Shown here: one piece after another, positions 46,301 to 56,638 of the stretch
Position numbering within the stretch: position 1 is the first letter of the stretch
Layout of the letters: each line of letters starts with the position of its first letter
From: Hydrolagus colliei
Taxonomy: Eukaryota
DNA length: 64,000 nucleotides
Direction: 5' to 3'
Assembly: GCA_035084275.1 (NCBI GenBank)
Contig: CM068750.1
Location: 13,888,001-13,952,000, forward strand
Program-made: the position numbers and the translations under genes
Notes under the pieces: generated by a model
The model's database searches: none
What the model was told of the DNA's origin: nothing
What the model saw: the letters and a program-made list of their open reading frames with translations, nothing else

Positions 46301-49300
46301 GATTCTGATCTTAAAACCTGATCTTTAAACTCAGTACACTTCACTCTAAAGCACTGGCTACACTCGGCATCGCTGCTCATCGAGAAGCTCGGAGTAAAAT
46401 GTGTTGAGTCTTCTAAAAACTAGTGTGGGCATTGTGGGCAGCTATCTTCTAAAGCTTCATTGTTGGTGGACGCGCAGCAAATTCCCCCTCCTTCATTTAA
46501 TGAAAGCCAAGTTCCAATGATTCCTGAATCCCACTGTCTAGGCTACAGTGAACAGCAGCACCACGCAGATTGCCCTGAGCAAAACTACCAGGCTGATGGG
46601 ACACTCACAGCTGCCATAGAATTCAGCTGATCGATGTAAAACTCCGGCCAGCTCGTGGCTCCTTTATTCTCTTCTTGGTCCTGAAAAAGAAAATAACATC
46701 ACACATCAGCATAGCACAGAGGAACTGAGAAGCACTTCGCAACGAGAGTGCATCATTATCTAAAATATTTAAAAATACACTCATTATAAATGTATTCCCA
46801 TTATATAGAGTGCATATTTTCACCCACAAAATACAGTCAATCGACTTTATAATATATAGACAGGTATCCCTCCCCAACCGTGGGGATATGTTCCTGTAAA
46901 CTTCCGCAGTTGGTAAAATCGCGGGTGGAAAATACAGAGCCCTATGGGAAACACAGGGATAGTGGGGGAGTACATTCACTTTTTCACGGTTGGGAAATGC
47001 AGGGCCCTATGCCAAACATGGGGATAGGGGGAGTAAGTTCACGTTTAGTAAAACTAAACACAAAAAAAACATACAATTATAACATACATGGGGACAGGGA
47101 GAATAAGTTTGGGCACATTGGCTGCCAGGATCTGCAGCAATCCCTGTCTGACTGATTTACAGAGAGAGAGAGAGAAACACGGAGGGTGGGGGCGGGGTGC
47201 GGGTATAGTCCGCGAAGCACTTTCAGGCATCTCAACGATGTGATAAGGTGCTATATCAAATGCAAAGGTTATTAGATTATTATTTGGTTGACAATGGTAG
47301 ACATAGAATTAAATTCTGGTCCACTCCTTTCCTTTTGGTGCAGGAAATTGCTGAGGGAGGAGCTCAGCCAGGATGAACAAAAATAGGCATCCAAACAACC
47401 GATCAACTTTAAAATCAACATCCTTACTTTCAGTGCCTTGTCTCCACCCTATCGCCACTTTCTTTTTGAATGGTTCACGTTTTACTTTTGCTTTTAGAAA
47501 GAGGTAGCGGGGGAAACCCACAGAGATTTTTAAAAAGTCACCAATCTTCCCCCCACACCACCACAGATATGGAAGCCAAACACAATGATAGTGAATAGAA
47601 CAAAGGAATATATAGAAAACACAAAATACTACAGATGCTGGGAATTTGAAACAAAAACAAAAGTTGCTGGGGAAACTCAGCAGGTCAAACAGCATCCATG
47701 AAGAAAGGAAAAAGAGTCAACGTTTCGGGTCTACAACCCTTCGTCCTGACGAAGGGTTGTAGACTCGAAACGTTGACTCTTTTTCGATGCTGTTTGACCT
47801 GCTGAGTTTCCCCAGCAACTTTTGTTTTTGTGAAAGGAATATATAGGATTGGAAAAGACAATTGGCTGGTCCATTGCTCACACAATTCACCTCCACCACT
47901 TCCTTGGAACAGGTCATTCCACACACAGCTCCAGCTTTATCATAACAAGGCAATCAGCCTCCTTAAAATGAGATTGTGTCACAATGCGGCATATTTCAGG
48001 AAAAGCTATTCTCCCCATTTCTCTCTCACTTCCTTCATTTTGCTGAGTGCAACAACAACATCTTGCATTGATATCCTTCACTCAAGAATGCAAATTGGCG
48101 ATCACAATCACCTGCAAGGTAAATCATGTGAACACATCCAATTTGAAAAGCGTTGCTACACAAGAATTACCATCATATTTGTAAAGTCATCATTCAGATA
48201 CATTGTGTTATATCTGAATTAACTGAACTGTACTCTCTCCTCTGTGTGATAGAATAAATCACTGTACTAATTTTATGATGTCGGTATGAACCAAGCCACC
48301 CACGATTCGAGGCACTGGTTCCCCAATGAACAACGATTGCCGAAGTGTCAGGGAAAAAAACCTTTACAACCACTTTGACCACCACAGTTAAAGGTCATCA
48401 CACAAACACTGATCAAAGCTCCTCAACAGTGACAAAGGCTTCTTTCCTCTTCACCGGAGCCCCATTTGATTACCTTTTTGAACACAGGAGAGTTAAAATT
48501 ACTTACTTGCACTTCAAAGCATCATGAAGCAGAAACAATGATAAGGTAGAAAAACAGCCAGCGTAGCTGGGAGAGACACACACAGCAGAATGAAACAGAA
48601 AACATGGTCAGTTAATCTCAAGTAAAATTGGGAGGTTTTTTGGAAATAACAGAGGGCTTCACAACATTATCAAATCAGAGATTTCTCAGCAATCATGCAA
48701 CATATCATTTCCGGTCCTGTTGTGAGAGAACTTTTCTTAACTTCTAGAGGAAACCCCCTAACCACATATGCAATAAGATGCTTTTTAATTCTTGTCCTAG
48801 TCACAAAGAAAATTCCAAGATGATCCTGCTTCCATATTTTGAATGTATTAACAGAGCATTGCATAGTTCGTCTACATAATACACACTTTACAGAGAAGGG
48901 CATCCTCCCGACACATATCAAATGTAAGTATTAATATCATTGAAACACAAAAATACTTAACATGGTCCTGTTATAAGCCAAGTTTTTTCAAAATTTGATT
49001 GGAAGGTGACAAAAAGGCACCCGATATAAGCAAGTTGTGTTGATAATCTAGGACAAGAATCCAGACACCACCCAGCGCTCACAGCAAATGGGGACATGAG
49101 TACAAAGAACAAAAGCAGTGAAATGGGACCACAACTGGCCAGAAAAATAGATGCCCTCATTCCATCCAGAAACATTGAACCATGGATAATTACAGCAAAG
49201 AAGGAGGTCGTTTGGCCCATCGAATCTGGACTAGCTCTAGGAATAAACTGTTCATTCAGTCCCACTGTCTCACCCGATTCCCACACCCCTTCAAGCCTCA

Positions 49301-52300
49301 AACTTTCTCCCATCAAGCATTCAAGAACTAAACACAACTAAAGAACTATGGAAAACGTACTTGAGAATAATTTATTCAGAGTGTATTTGAGTAAGGCAAC
49401 TGCTGAAAATGCAGTCGCATCAGTCGCAGGTAAAAGTGAAACTAGCACTTTTTAGTTCTGGCAAATAAGATTTTTTTAATAAAATGTCTCGGAGTCGCTG
49501 GAAGTCACCAACCTCTCTCTGTATCTTTGGCTAATCTTTACGTCTTGCCAACTCTTCTAAGAGCAAGTGGAGCCTGCAGTGTTCAAACAAACCTTATCCA
49601 GTAAATGACCTCTCGAGGGAGCTCCCATTAGAAATGGCAAGAACCCAAGCAGTTTATTGACCGACTGCTAGATGCTTAACTACAGTTCCACTTTTACCAG
49701 TCAAGGCAGCTGAAAGGTACAACCACTCAATGTAGAATAGATTAATTCCTTCATTAAATATGAATGAAACATTAATAAAATAAAACTTAAGCAAAATTCT
49801 GATATGTGCTACATATTTTTAATGTTCTCTCACACCATATCCCCCAGGAAGTTAAGTGTTTCTCAAGAGTGTTTCCTCTGGAAATGAATTGTGTTGAGAG
49901 TGGACCTGCAAAAGAGATGAAAACTAAGAAAGGGGTTTGATAAGGTGGACGCAAATAGATTGCCCACTTGTCGATGAGCCGATAACAAACAAGAGACAAA
50001 GCTAAGCCAGTCACTAGCTGATCTAATAGGGAGAGTGTAGGATGAACTTCTTCACATATTCTTCAAGAGTTGAAATCGCTATCAGTATGTGTGCGTGAAG
50101 CAGAAAGTGTGAATGTGTTTAAGACGCAAATATAGTACAAAAGTACATTTGTAAAGCGGCATTTACATCGGGAGGACGTTCCAAGACACTGAACTGTCAG
50201 GGATAAGAATCCAAGGGGGCTGTGGTGGAGTGTGGGATCAGGGAGGGTGGAGAGCAAAGAGGGTGGCCTAAGGCACAGTCGAAGAGGAGTCTTGAAGCAT
50301 ACTTTGAAGGAGGCAAGAGAGGGAGCGAAGCAAAGGGAATGTGGGATAGGGTTCCAGAGGGTGGGGGCACAGGCCAAAGGCTTGACCACCGATGGTGGGG
50401 TGGGCCAGATGGTGAACATAGAACAGGCTGGAGCCTGCTGAGGGGAGGGAGCAGACAGGTTGTTATGGCGTTATCAGGTTGGAGAGGTAGGAGGCGGGCA
50501 AGGCCATGGAGAGCTTGAAGATGAATACGAGAATTTTGAACTCGATCCTCTGAGGGATGACGGGCTAGTGAAGCCAGGTGAGGGTGGGTATGAGGGGATA
50601 ATGGAGCCTGGCGCAGGAGAGGACACGAGCTAGAGATTTCTGGATAATGCTCTTATGTGAGGGTGAAATGAACAGTGGGGACTAGGGAGAGATTAGCAAG
50701 GTTGGAAGCTCATGCGGAGAATAAACAATGGATTAGTTGGGCCAAATGGCCCGTTTCAGTGTGTAAGATTCCATCAGAAACACAATTACAACAAATGTTG
50801 CAGCTAAAATCAACCATTAAGATCTCTGTGGAGTGAGTGCACACGGCTGTTGTTCATAAACACATGCAACAGTATCCAAATTGCAAAGTGCCCTGTGAGA
50901 CTCTTCACAATGTGTAATTAAACCTTGACGGTCTTGCCCCCTCCTATCTCCCCAACCTGCTGTCTCCCTATGAACCTGCCTGCCTGCCCCCTGCATTCAG
51001 CGGGCTACAATCTGCTCCATGTACTCCGCCCGACCCACCCTACCATCGGTGGACAGGCTTTCAGCCTCTCTGCCCCCACACTCTGGAACTCCATCCCACA
51101 GTCCATTCGCCTCGCTCCCTCTCTTGCCTCCTTCAGGTATGCTTCAAGACTCTGCTCTTTGACTGTGTCTTCGGCAACTCTCTCTGCCCTCCAAACTCCC
51201 TGATCCCACCACCCCACCACCCAACACTTGGGTTCTAATCTTTACGGTTCAGTGCCTTGGAATATTCTCCCGACGTAAATGACGCTCTGTAAATGTAATT
51301 TTGTTGTTGGAGTTGGGCTCTCTTTTGCAGTGTTATTGTGTTCATACAGCACCAGGTTTAGTGATTTGGCAGCAATGTACAGAAATCTGCAGTGGATCTT
51401 GCCTCTGAATCTACACTCATTCTCCCCACCAAAAAAAAACACTGCTCCCTGTTTAACAATGTCCATTCTAGTCATTGGTAAGCAAACTAGAATTTCCCCA
51501 GCAGTGGCTGGCAGCAGACAAGGTTCCATTTGCAACTAATTCAATCTTGAATAATTTTGACGGTTAATCTACACGGTAGATTTTTGAACCAAAAATGTAA
51601 GAACAGAGCAAGCAATATTTTCCCAGTTGTATTTAATACTCCACCAGTCACACTGTGTGTTTAATGCAATTCTTGTATTTACATATCAGTCTTGTGAGTA
51701 ATCTTGCATTTTTGGATAAGAAGCAGGCAGACCTCATCAATGCAGTTGTATAGTTTACACAAGTGACTATGTTTAAACAGGGTCTTAACCTGCGGGGCCC
51801 AAGGTAACGAAGCTCGAGTTGAGTTTAAATAGAATAGCGTGTTCTTTTAACATGAGTAGCTCTGGTTTGTTTTTGGAATAATGTGTACTGCTCCCTACAG
51901 CACCAATGTTCTGTTCAGCAAGTGAGGTTTGGGTTGAGTTCAGAAGTTGGAATTAGAGCCGCTCAAAACAGGCAACGCTTAAGGTTTGGCACACGAGGAC
52001 TTGACACAGAAAACCTGCTCGAAAAACAGAATACTTCACACCTACCATTTTGCTCTGGAATGTCACTCCAATCCAACTCAGGCTGGAATGTGCGCAAACA
52101 TAAAACCACCTCCGTTCTCGAAAAAAACCACAATAAGCCCCAAATTCTCAGCAAGTGGGAACTACAAAGGAACAGCCTCTCTCCTCATCACTGATGTTGG
52201 AGCAGAGCTTCAGCCTCTGTGTTTAAGAGATCACATCTCGTCTCAGGAGGACAGAAAAATACCATTGAAATTCCTGCAGTTGGATTGAATATGTAGTTCT

Positions 52301-55300
52301 TGTATTTCATGACAGATTTCTCAACAAATGTGAGTCAAAACATTGAACATGCTGAAGAATGCTTTGCTCGGAACATACGATGCTTAGAAATTCGACTTTT
52401 GCAAAGAACTCCCTCAGAGTTTTCTCTCCGTCTCCCACAATTTAGACTAAATTCTCTTGTCTCGACATGGACAGTAAGACGGGTGAAGGGCAAAAACACA
52501 GCCAAGCTAAGGGTAAAAAGGAGCTTCATCATTGCCGGAGAAGGGTCAGGTTTTTAAAAGGCAAATCACCAAGCAATAATGCGGAAACATTGTTTTGATC
52601 ACTGAGAAATTATTAATAATATGTAATAATAAATATCCTAGCATATGATATAATAGTATTTCTTGTATTTTGATATGGTGCGTTTCACTTCTTCTAGACG
52701 TCTCAAAGTGCTTCACATTTATTGTAAAATGAATTGACTGTATATGTGTGGGCAAAACGCGGCAGCATTTGTGCACAGCAGTTCCCATAAACAGTCGTGG
52801 ATTGAATTGACCAATTGATTAAGAGTTTTTTGGGGGGATTATTATCAGGCGCGTGAAGTGAGGAAACCAAAGTTTCGTCCTGCCTGAAATTGAACCCAGG
52901 TCTGTTGCTTGTAAGGCGAGTGCTCTAACCACTGAGCTACAGGACTCCACAAAATAACATCACGTTGTTGAGATATCTCAAAGTGCTTCACAGAGTACAT
53001 TTTAAAGTGGATTGACTATACATTTTGTGGACAAAACATGGCAGCTAATGGAATTGAAGATGGAACTGAATTGAAGGTGGAATGTAAACAAAAAAAGTTC
53101 GAGAACAGTTAAAGAAACCAAAGTATAGGGCCAAGCCTTGATTAACTTTTCCACTAAAGAGGAGAATGGTGTTGGACTGAGACGGGCATTTGTTTGATGA
53201 AAAGTAATTACATTTAAGCCTCTGCAGGAATGTAAGTCTTGTGGAGATTTCTGCATAGAAATCGGTTTCAGGACTGTGGACTTTGTCTGTGGTATTTTTT
53301 CCCCCAACAGCAATACCTCCAAAGACTCCAACCTGACCTCGCTGAAAGCTTTAATCCTTTCGGAATTAAGCAAAGTGACCTCCTGATTCATGATACTATG
53401 AAAAGGTTGTTTGGGATAGACTGGGTAAACACAGCCATTGTTATAAAGCAGATATTTCATAGCCTTGATTTTTGTGATAGATTAGAGAAGGCAAACCCAG
53501 AGCAAATCTTTTCAGCAAGATTGTAGGACACGAGGGCATGGGTTCAGGGTTGTGAAGGGTGATTTTAGCACTGATAACATGAAGTATTTCTTTACACAGC
53601 AGGAAATAATTAGCTAGAATGGATTACAATGAAGTTGGGAAGCGGAAGACCACAACATTGGGAAGATGGGATGGTTGGCATTCTGGAAGGATGAGATCAA
53701 ATGAAATGTAGGGCCTTCTGCAAACAAAAGTCTTGCAATCTCACCTTGTCAGAAACATGCTTCACAACAAGCATCAGCTTTTCTGACCAGTTTAAGGATG
53801 GATTGCTGACAGATAAGCACCCCATGTCTTCCATTGATATAATAATAATCCTTGCATTTGATATAGCGCTTTTCATGTCTTCTAGACGTCTCAAAGTGCT
53901 TCACAGAATATCCTGTAAAGTGAATTGACTGTATATATGTGGGCGAAACGCGACAGCCAATTGCACACAGCAGTGTCACACAAACAGTAGTGGATTGATG
54001 TGACCATTTTTTTTGAGGGATTACTATTAGGTGTGTGGAGTAAGGAAACTTGTCCAAGGTTTCGCCCTGCCTGGAATTGAAGCCAGGTCTCTCACTCATT
54101 GACATCAACACCAGATATCCCACTCATTGCAGTACAAAAAAAGGATCTCACACAAACGAAGCAATGGGGATCCTAGGGGTATTTAAAAACACTGAGAAAT
54201 AGTTTAGCAGGATGAGAATGAAAGGGCAAATAAAACAAAGAAATACAACATAATAGAGCAGCAGATCATAAACCGCATTTGCCCCGCAGTCATAATACAG
54301 TACTGTGCCCTAACATGGCATAATCCTATCATTACACAGTGAAGTCAAGGCTATATATAAGAATCTGGATGTTGGTGGTTAGGACGAGGTTTGGAAATCC
54401 ATTCGTCTGCAAGCTTGTGTCCTGTAAAATCTGGACACTGCATAGCACCACTGTTGCCAGTGCAGATTGAAGGAAATAAGGGGAAATTAAACAGCAGTTG
54501 TCTCATCGAGACATCGGGTCTGATGGTTTTATGCTACTTCAGGTGTCACTTAGAAAAATTTTAGCAAAGAAAAAATGTTTCAAAGTGAAACAATAATGGA
54601 AAGTATAAAGGCATAAAGCTCACAAATGCTGTAGTTTTTTTTTAATGGTACATGTTTGTCATTTCACTAAAAGTATTTTTATGTGGCACAATAAAGATTT
54701 AAACTGTCTGTGGACGTGGCAGACATTAAGTAATCATTGATCAAGAATATGGTTGTAAAAACCAGCTAATCCTTAGGATTAAGCAGAGATTTTGAATTAA
54801 AACAGAGAACTAAGAACCCCCTACAGTGAGATGAAGCATAAGTCACAGGTTAAAAGGTGCTATAGGATTGTGTCAGCAAAGCAAAATTTGAGAAGGAATT
54901 AGGTAAGTATTTGATAAAGAGGCATATGCCTACATGTTGACCCGCCCAACCTGCCCTAACATAGGCGGCCGTGCTTTCAGCCTCTCTGCCCCTACACTTT
55001 AGAACTCAATCCCACAATCCCTTCACCTTGCATCTCCCCCACCCCCCATTTGGGTCCCAAACAACCCGCTGGCTGTTCAGCTCCTTAGGACGTCCTCCTA
55101 ACGTGAAAGACGCTCGTAAAAATTTAATTTAGTTGTTGTTGGCCACAAAATACACAATCAATCCACTTTATAATATATCCTGTGAAGATTGTGGAATGTT
55201 CACCTGATGTAAAAAGCAAATGCAAGAATTATTATTATCAATAATATTATCATCATATGACAAGCGAAATTGCTTTGAGAAGTTTTTACATGAATTGTTC

Positions 55301-56638
55301 CATGACTGCAAGTTCTTTCTTCTGAACGCACATTGAGTACAGCCCTCTTTGATGAATATAATATCAACATGGGAAGTTTGTGCTGCTGCAGTCTATACAA
55401 GTACAAAACCTTAGCCCTCGGGAAATTAGATACACTTGTGCCTAAGTGTAGCACTAAGCTGGGGGCTCACATGAGTCTTGTAAAAATAGAAACACTGGGG
55501 GGAATCCCATTATAACCGCGAAAGGTCAGGAGGTACATAATAAATACATAATAAACCTTGCTGAGTTTGATATAGTGCCTTTTACATTGGGGACACACAC
55601 CTGAAAGCACTTCACAGGATACACTGAATAAAGTATAGTGACTGTAGTTTATAAACAGATATGGCAGCCAATTTGCACCCATGAACCCATGAAGTTATGA
55701 ACCAACAAACAAATCCAATCCCTCATAGCAATGTATTAATAATCCTTGCATTTGATATAGCGCCTTATCACATCGTTGAAACTTCTCAAAGTGTTTGACA
55801 GAATATATTGTAAAGTAAATTGACTGTATATTTTGTAGGCGAAATGTGGCAGCCAATTGCGCACAAATGATCAAATTAATCAGTTATTTTTATTACCACA
55901 GAAATAATTTCTCAGACACTGAGAATTTTGCTGTGGTTCTGGGCAATTGAATGGGAGCTTCTGTCTTGCCGTTGAACAAAAGAATATAATGACCTGACAG
56001 GCAAGAAGCATTGCTGAAGTGATCAAATAAGTCAATGTTACTTTGGGCAATATTTCAGTAGATGGAAACTGCAACATCTCAATCCATCTCATTCCACAAA
56101 GGTCTTTTTTTTTTGCTTGTCCCTAAACTAAATTGTATCCGGTTAGGTAATGCAAACCGAATGTCAGAAGCTATTTTTATAAAAATTGGTTTCTTGCATT
56201 GGAGGAAATGAAAAAGGTATTCTGGAATAATTCATCAGAGTGGAAGGATTTGACTCATTTCAAAATGGTTAACCTTGTAATTTAATATTGAGGTGTTTGG
56301 TTACTCCCTTCTCCAAAAGAAAACAACCATTCACCAGTCTCTCATCCTCTCTCCCACGTACGCAATTAATCCAGTCTACTTTTCTCCTGTCCCTCCTATC
56401 AGTATTTCAGAGACATTTTCATTAACTGGGACAGTGAGTTACTGTTTTTTGGGAGGGGGGCGAGGGGGTGGCGGTGGGATTTCCCAGGGAGGGAACACTG
56501 GACGGGAGTCAGGGAATCCACAAACAACAGATTATGTTTTTGCCTTACCTTTTTCTTGCTGCAGTATATTTGCCATTTCTTTTCCGCAGGAAGTGCAAAC
56601 ATGGCTTCCCTGTGCTTCTCACTGAGGTCAAGTTCATC
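16334..56638 (-). CDS. DAAM1: DAAM1 formin (GBD/FH3-CC-FH1-FH2-DAD), spliced, 5'-partial; 23 constitutive exons in window
   Basis: Exons join in a continuous frame (3012 nt, 1003 aa plus stop) with matching phases and closely follow recalled human DAAM1. The first coding exon (MAPRKR...) was not found in 56639-64000. Confidence 0.95.
16585..16863 (+). mobile_element. L2 LINE 3' fragment
   Basis: CCTGCC..CCCTCTGCTCAGCGGACTCCAGCCTG...CTTTGGAACTCC...TTTGGGACGTCCTC, homologous to the 59060-59700 copy. Confidence 0.7.
17174..17344 (-). CDS. DAAM1: DAAM1 exon, 171 nt (FH2 end)
   Basis: [14 protein letters not shown]...[12 protein letters not shown] boundaries. Confidence 0.95.
17940..18262 (+). 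mobile_element. Old Deu-type SINE
   Basis: GGCTCAGTCG..GGGTTCAAGCCC..ACAATCTGGGCTGAC head and shared tail. Confidence 0.55.
19680..19995 (+). mobile_element. Degenerate L2 3' fragment
   Basis: TTTGGAACACTCTTACCCCAATCC..TTCAAGTCCTGCCTTGAAACC and an L2-like tail. Confidence 0.55.
20340..20480 (+). repeat. Unclassified interspersed repeat, copy 1 of 4
   Basis: TTAACCCTG..CAAAG..GGGTAGGGTGG..GTGCTTTCAATAGCAAGCTATG, shared with 42605, 58215 and 60885. Confidence 0.75.
20519..20650 (-). CDS. DAAM1: DAAM1 exon, 132 nt
   Basis: [23 protein letters not shown]...DAKEL. AG/GT. Confidence 0.95.
21630..21690 (-). CDS. DAAM1: DAAM1 exon, 61 nt
   Basis: (N)[24 protein letters not shown]. Confidence 0.93.
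21969..22086 (+). repeat. 59-bp tandem duplication (2 copies, 1 mismatch) at the tail of a minus-strand L2 fragment
   Basis: TTGTTGTTGTTAAAGTCAATAAACAACAAGGAGACTGGGGAGGATGGGG(A/G)TGAGGGGTG x2. Confidence 0.9.
22396..22503 (-). CDS. DAAM1: DAAM1 exon, 108 nt
   Basis: (K)[39 protein letters not shown]. Confidence 0.93.
23305..23615 (+). mobile_element. CR1 LINE ORF2 3' fragments
   Basis: GAGTATAAAA..GAGGTGAT..CTGTATAAA and GATTGAGGTCTTTAAAATTAT..GGTTTTGACAGAGT..GAGAAATTGTTTCCA, typical of the CR1 C-terminus. Confidence 0.7.
23863..24031 (-). CDS. DAAM1: DAAM1 exon, 169 nt (FH2 GNYMN)
   Basis: [59 protein letters not shown]. Confidence 0.95.
24599..24687 (-). CDS. DAAM1: DAAM1 exon, 89 nt
   Basis: [33 protein letters not shown]. 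Confidence 0.95.
25260..25303 (+). repeat. (GA)n microsatellite
   Basis: About 20 GA units. Confidence 0.95.
25597..25703 (-). CDS. DAAM1: DAAM1 exon, 107 nt
   Basis: [39 protein letters not shown]. Confidence 0.95.
28102..28826. mobile_element. Tc1/pogo (Tigger-like) non-autonomous DNA transposon, 725 bp
   Basis: TA|CAGTAGAAGCCCATTTATCC ... GGATGAACGGGCTTCTACTG|TA: TIRs plus TA target duplication. Confidence 0.85.
29226..29310 (-). CDS. DAAM1: DAAM1 exon, 85 nt
   Basis: [32 protein letters not shown]. Confidence 0.95.
29930..30252 (+). mobile_element. Full-length tRNA-headed SINE
   Basis: TGTAGCTCAGTG..GGGTTCAATTCC head, shared core and tail ending (TTC)n(ATT)n. Confidence 0.87.
32864..32970 (-). 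CDS. DAAM1: DAAM1 exon, 107 nt
   Basis: [39 protein letters not shown]. Confidence 0.95.
35240..35475 (-). mobile_element. Old DeuSINE 5' part
   Basis: Reverse complement of the Deu-like head (CCCTCAGTGCAGCACT..GTGTTAGCCT..ACAACCTTCCAACTCAGAGG). Confidence 0.6.
35569..35598 (-). CDS. DAAM1: DAAM1 30-nt alternative (neural) microexon, [10 protein letters not shown]
   Basis: cctgcctttag|GACTTCTTTCTGAACAATCATACCAAGCAG|gtaagc. Phase 0/0. Matches recalled human DFFVNSNSKQ at the same position. Confidence 0.9.
36475..36501 (-). CDS. DAAM1: Candidate second DAAM1 microexon, 27 nt, NEYLSERCN
   Basis: tgcttctccacacag|AATGAATATCTGAGTGAGAGGTGCAAT|gtgagt. In frame, no stop, long AG-free zone upstream. 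Confidence 0.55.
36666..36773 (-). CDS. DAAM1: DAAM1 exon, 108 nt (FH2 lasso)
   Basis: [40 protein letters not shown]. Confidence 0.95.
37018..37117 (+). repeat. AT-rich local duplication around a (TA)n tract
   Basis: TATACATTATATAACATTTATATTCAAAGCT occurs twice. Confidence 0.85.
37259..37360. repeat. 25-bp inverted repeat (24/25) with 52-nt spacer
   Basis: CTGTTGACTGTAATTCAGTCCCTTT / AAAGGGACTGATTTACAGTCAACAG. Confidence 0.85.
37704..37994 (-). CDS. DAAM1: DAAM1 exon, 291 nt (polyproline FH1 and FH2 start)
   Basis: [20 protein letters not shown]...[28 protein letters not shown]...[24 protein letters not shown]. Confidence 0.93.
38304..38491 (-). CDS. DAAM1: DAAM1 exon, 188 nt (coiled coil)
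   Basis: [26 protein letters not shown]...IQDLST. AG/GT. Confidence 0.95.
38933..38991 (-). CDS. DAAM1: DAAM1 exon, 59 nt
   Basis: [23 protein letters not shown]. Confidence 0.92.
39117..39255 (-). CDS. DAAM1: DAAM1 exon, 139 nt
   Basis: [31 protein letters not shown]...KKVVR. AG/GT. Confidence 0.95.
39847..39964 (-). CDS. DAAM1: DAAM1 exon, 118 nt
   Basis: [43 protein letters not shown]. Confidence 0.95.
40378..40444 (-). CDS. DAAM1: DAAM1 exon, 67 nt
   Basis: [26 protein letters not shown]. Confidence 0.93.
40543..40646 (-). CDS. DAAM1: DAAM1 exon, 104 nt
   Basis: [38 protein letters not shown]. Confidence 0.95.
40751..40861 (-). CDS. DAAM1: DAAM1 exon, 111 nt
   Basis: [41 protein letters not shown]. 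Confidence 0.95.
41981..42314 (-). CDS. DAAM1: DAAM1 exon, 334 nt (GBD/FH3)
   Basis: [47 protein letters not shown]...ERTRFQ. AG/GT. Confidence 0.96.
42605..42975 (+). repeat. Unclassified interspersed repeat, long copy
   Basis: Aligns by eye with 58215-58570 over about 350 nt. Confidence 0.7.
43072..43356. mobile_element. Tigger/pogo-like MITE, 285 bp
   Basis: TA|CAGTAAAACCATAATAATTTGGCA ... TGTCAGATTATCGAGGCTTTACTG|TA. Confidence 0.75.
43492..43586 (-). CDS. DAAM1: DAAM1 exon, 95 nt, GC donor
   Basis: [33 protein letters not shown] acceptor; donor reads AG|GCAATC. Confidence 0.9.
45655..46240 (-). mobile_element. CR1 LINE 3' fragment (with an embedded SINE/L2 tail)
   Basis: TTTAGAATTTTGAAGAC..ATTAGATTCCCTCTTAATCTTCTCTGCTTCAG..TTTGTGAATGTACTCTGCACC, reverse complement of CR1 ORF2 end. 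Confidence 0.65.
46609..46680 (-). CDS. DAAM1: DAAM1 exon, 72 nt
   Basis: [28 protein letters not shown]. Confidence 0.95.
46861..47208 (+). mobile_element. Tigger-like DNA element inserted in a SINE tail
   Basis: Starts CAGGTATCCCTCCCCAACCGTGGGGATATGTTCC. The SINE tail is split at 46860/47209. The right TIR is degraded. Confidence 0.55.
47651..47831. mobile_element. Penelope-like-element-derived palindrome containing a minimal hammerhead ribozyme core
   Basis: 84-bp arms (1 mismatch, one 11-nt bulge, 2-nt centre). CTGACGA..GAAAC GTT core at 47746-47774. Confidence 0.75.
50140..50650 (-). mobile_element. L2 LINE 3' end
   Basis: Reverse complement of L2 ORF2 end ([16 protein letters not shown]-like) plus 3' tail. 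Confidence 0.8.
50922..51310 (+). mobile_element. L2 LINE 3' end
   Basis: CTTGCCCCCTCCTATCTC..CAGGCTTTCAGCCTCTCTGCCCCCACACTCTGGAACTCC.. tail ending (TTG)n. Confidence 0.8.
52651..52950 (-). mobile_element. Full-length SINE nested inside an older SINE tail
   Basis: Complete family member. The host tail halves are at about 52626-52650 and 52957-53048. Confidence 0.85.
53380..53700 (+). mobile_element. Degenerate CR1 3' fragment
   Basis: GATAGATTAGAGAAGGCAAACCCAGAG..GGACACGAGGGCATGG..TATTTCTTTACACAG..GAATGGATTAC. Confidence 0.55.
53838..54096 (-). mobile_element. SINE, 5'-truncated
   Basis: Same core and tail; the A-box head is missing. Confidence 0.85.
56549..56638 (-). CDS. DAAM1: DAAM1 exon, 90 nt (second coding exon)
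   Basis: [34 protein letters not shown]. Confidence 0.95.

Noticed and set aside
16334-56638. DAAM2 as the alternative identity
   Set aside because: Exon peptides, the DFF..KQ microexon and GPR135 adjacency all fit DAAM1.
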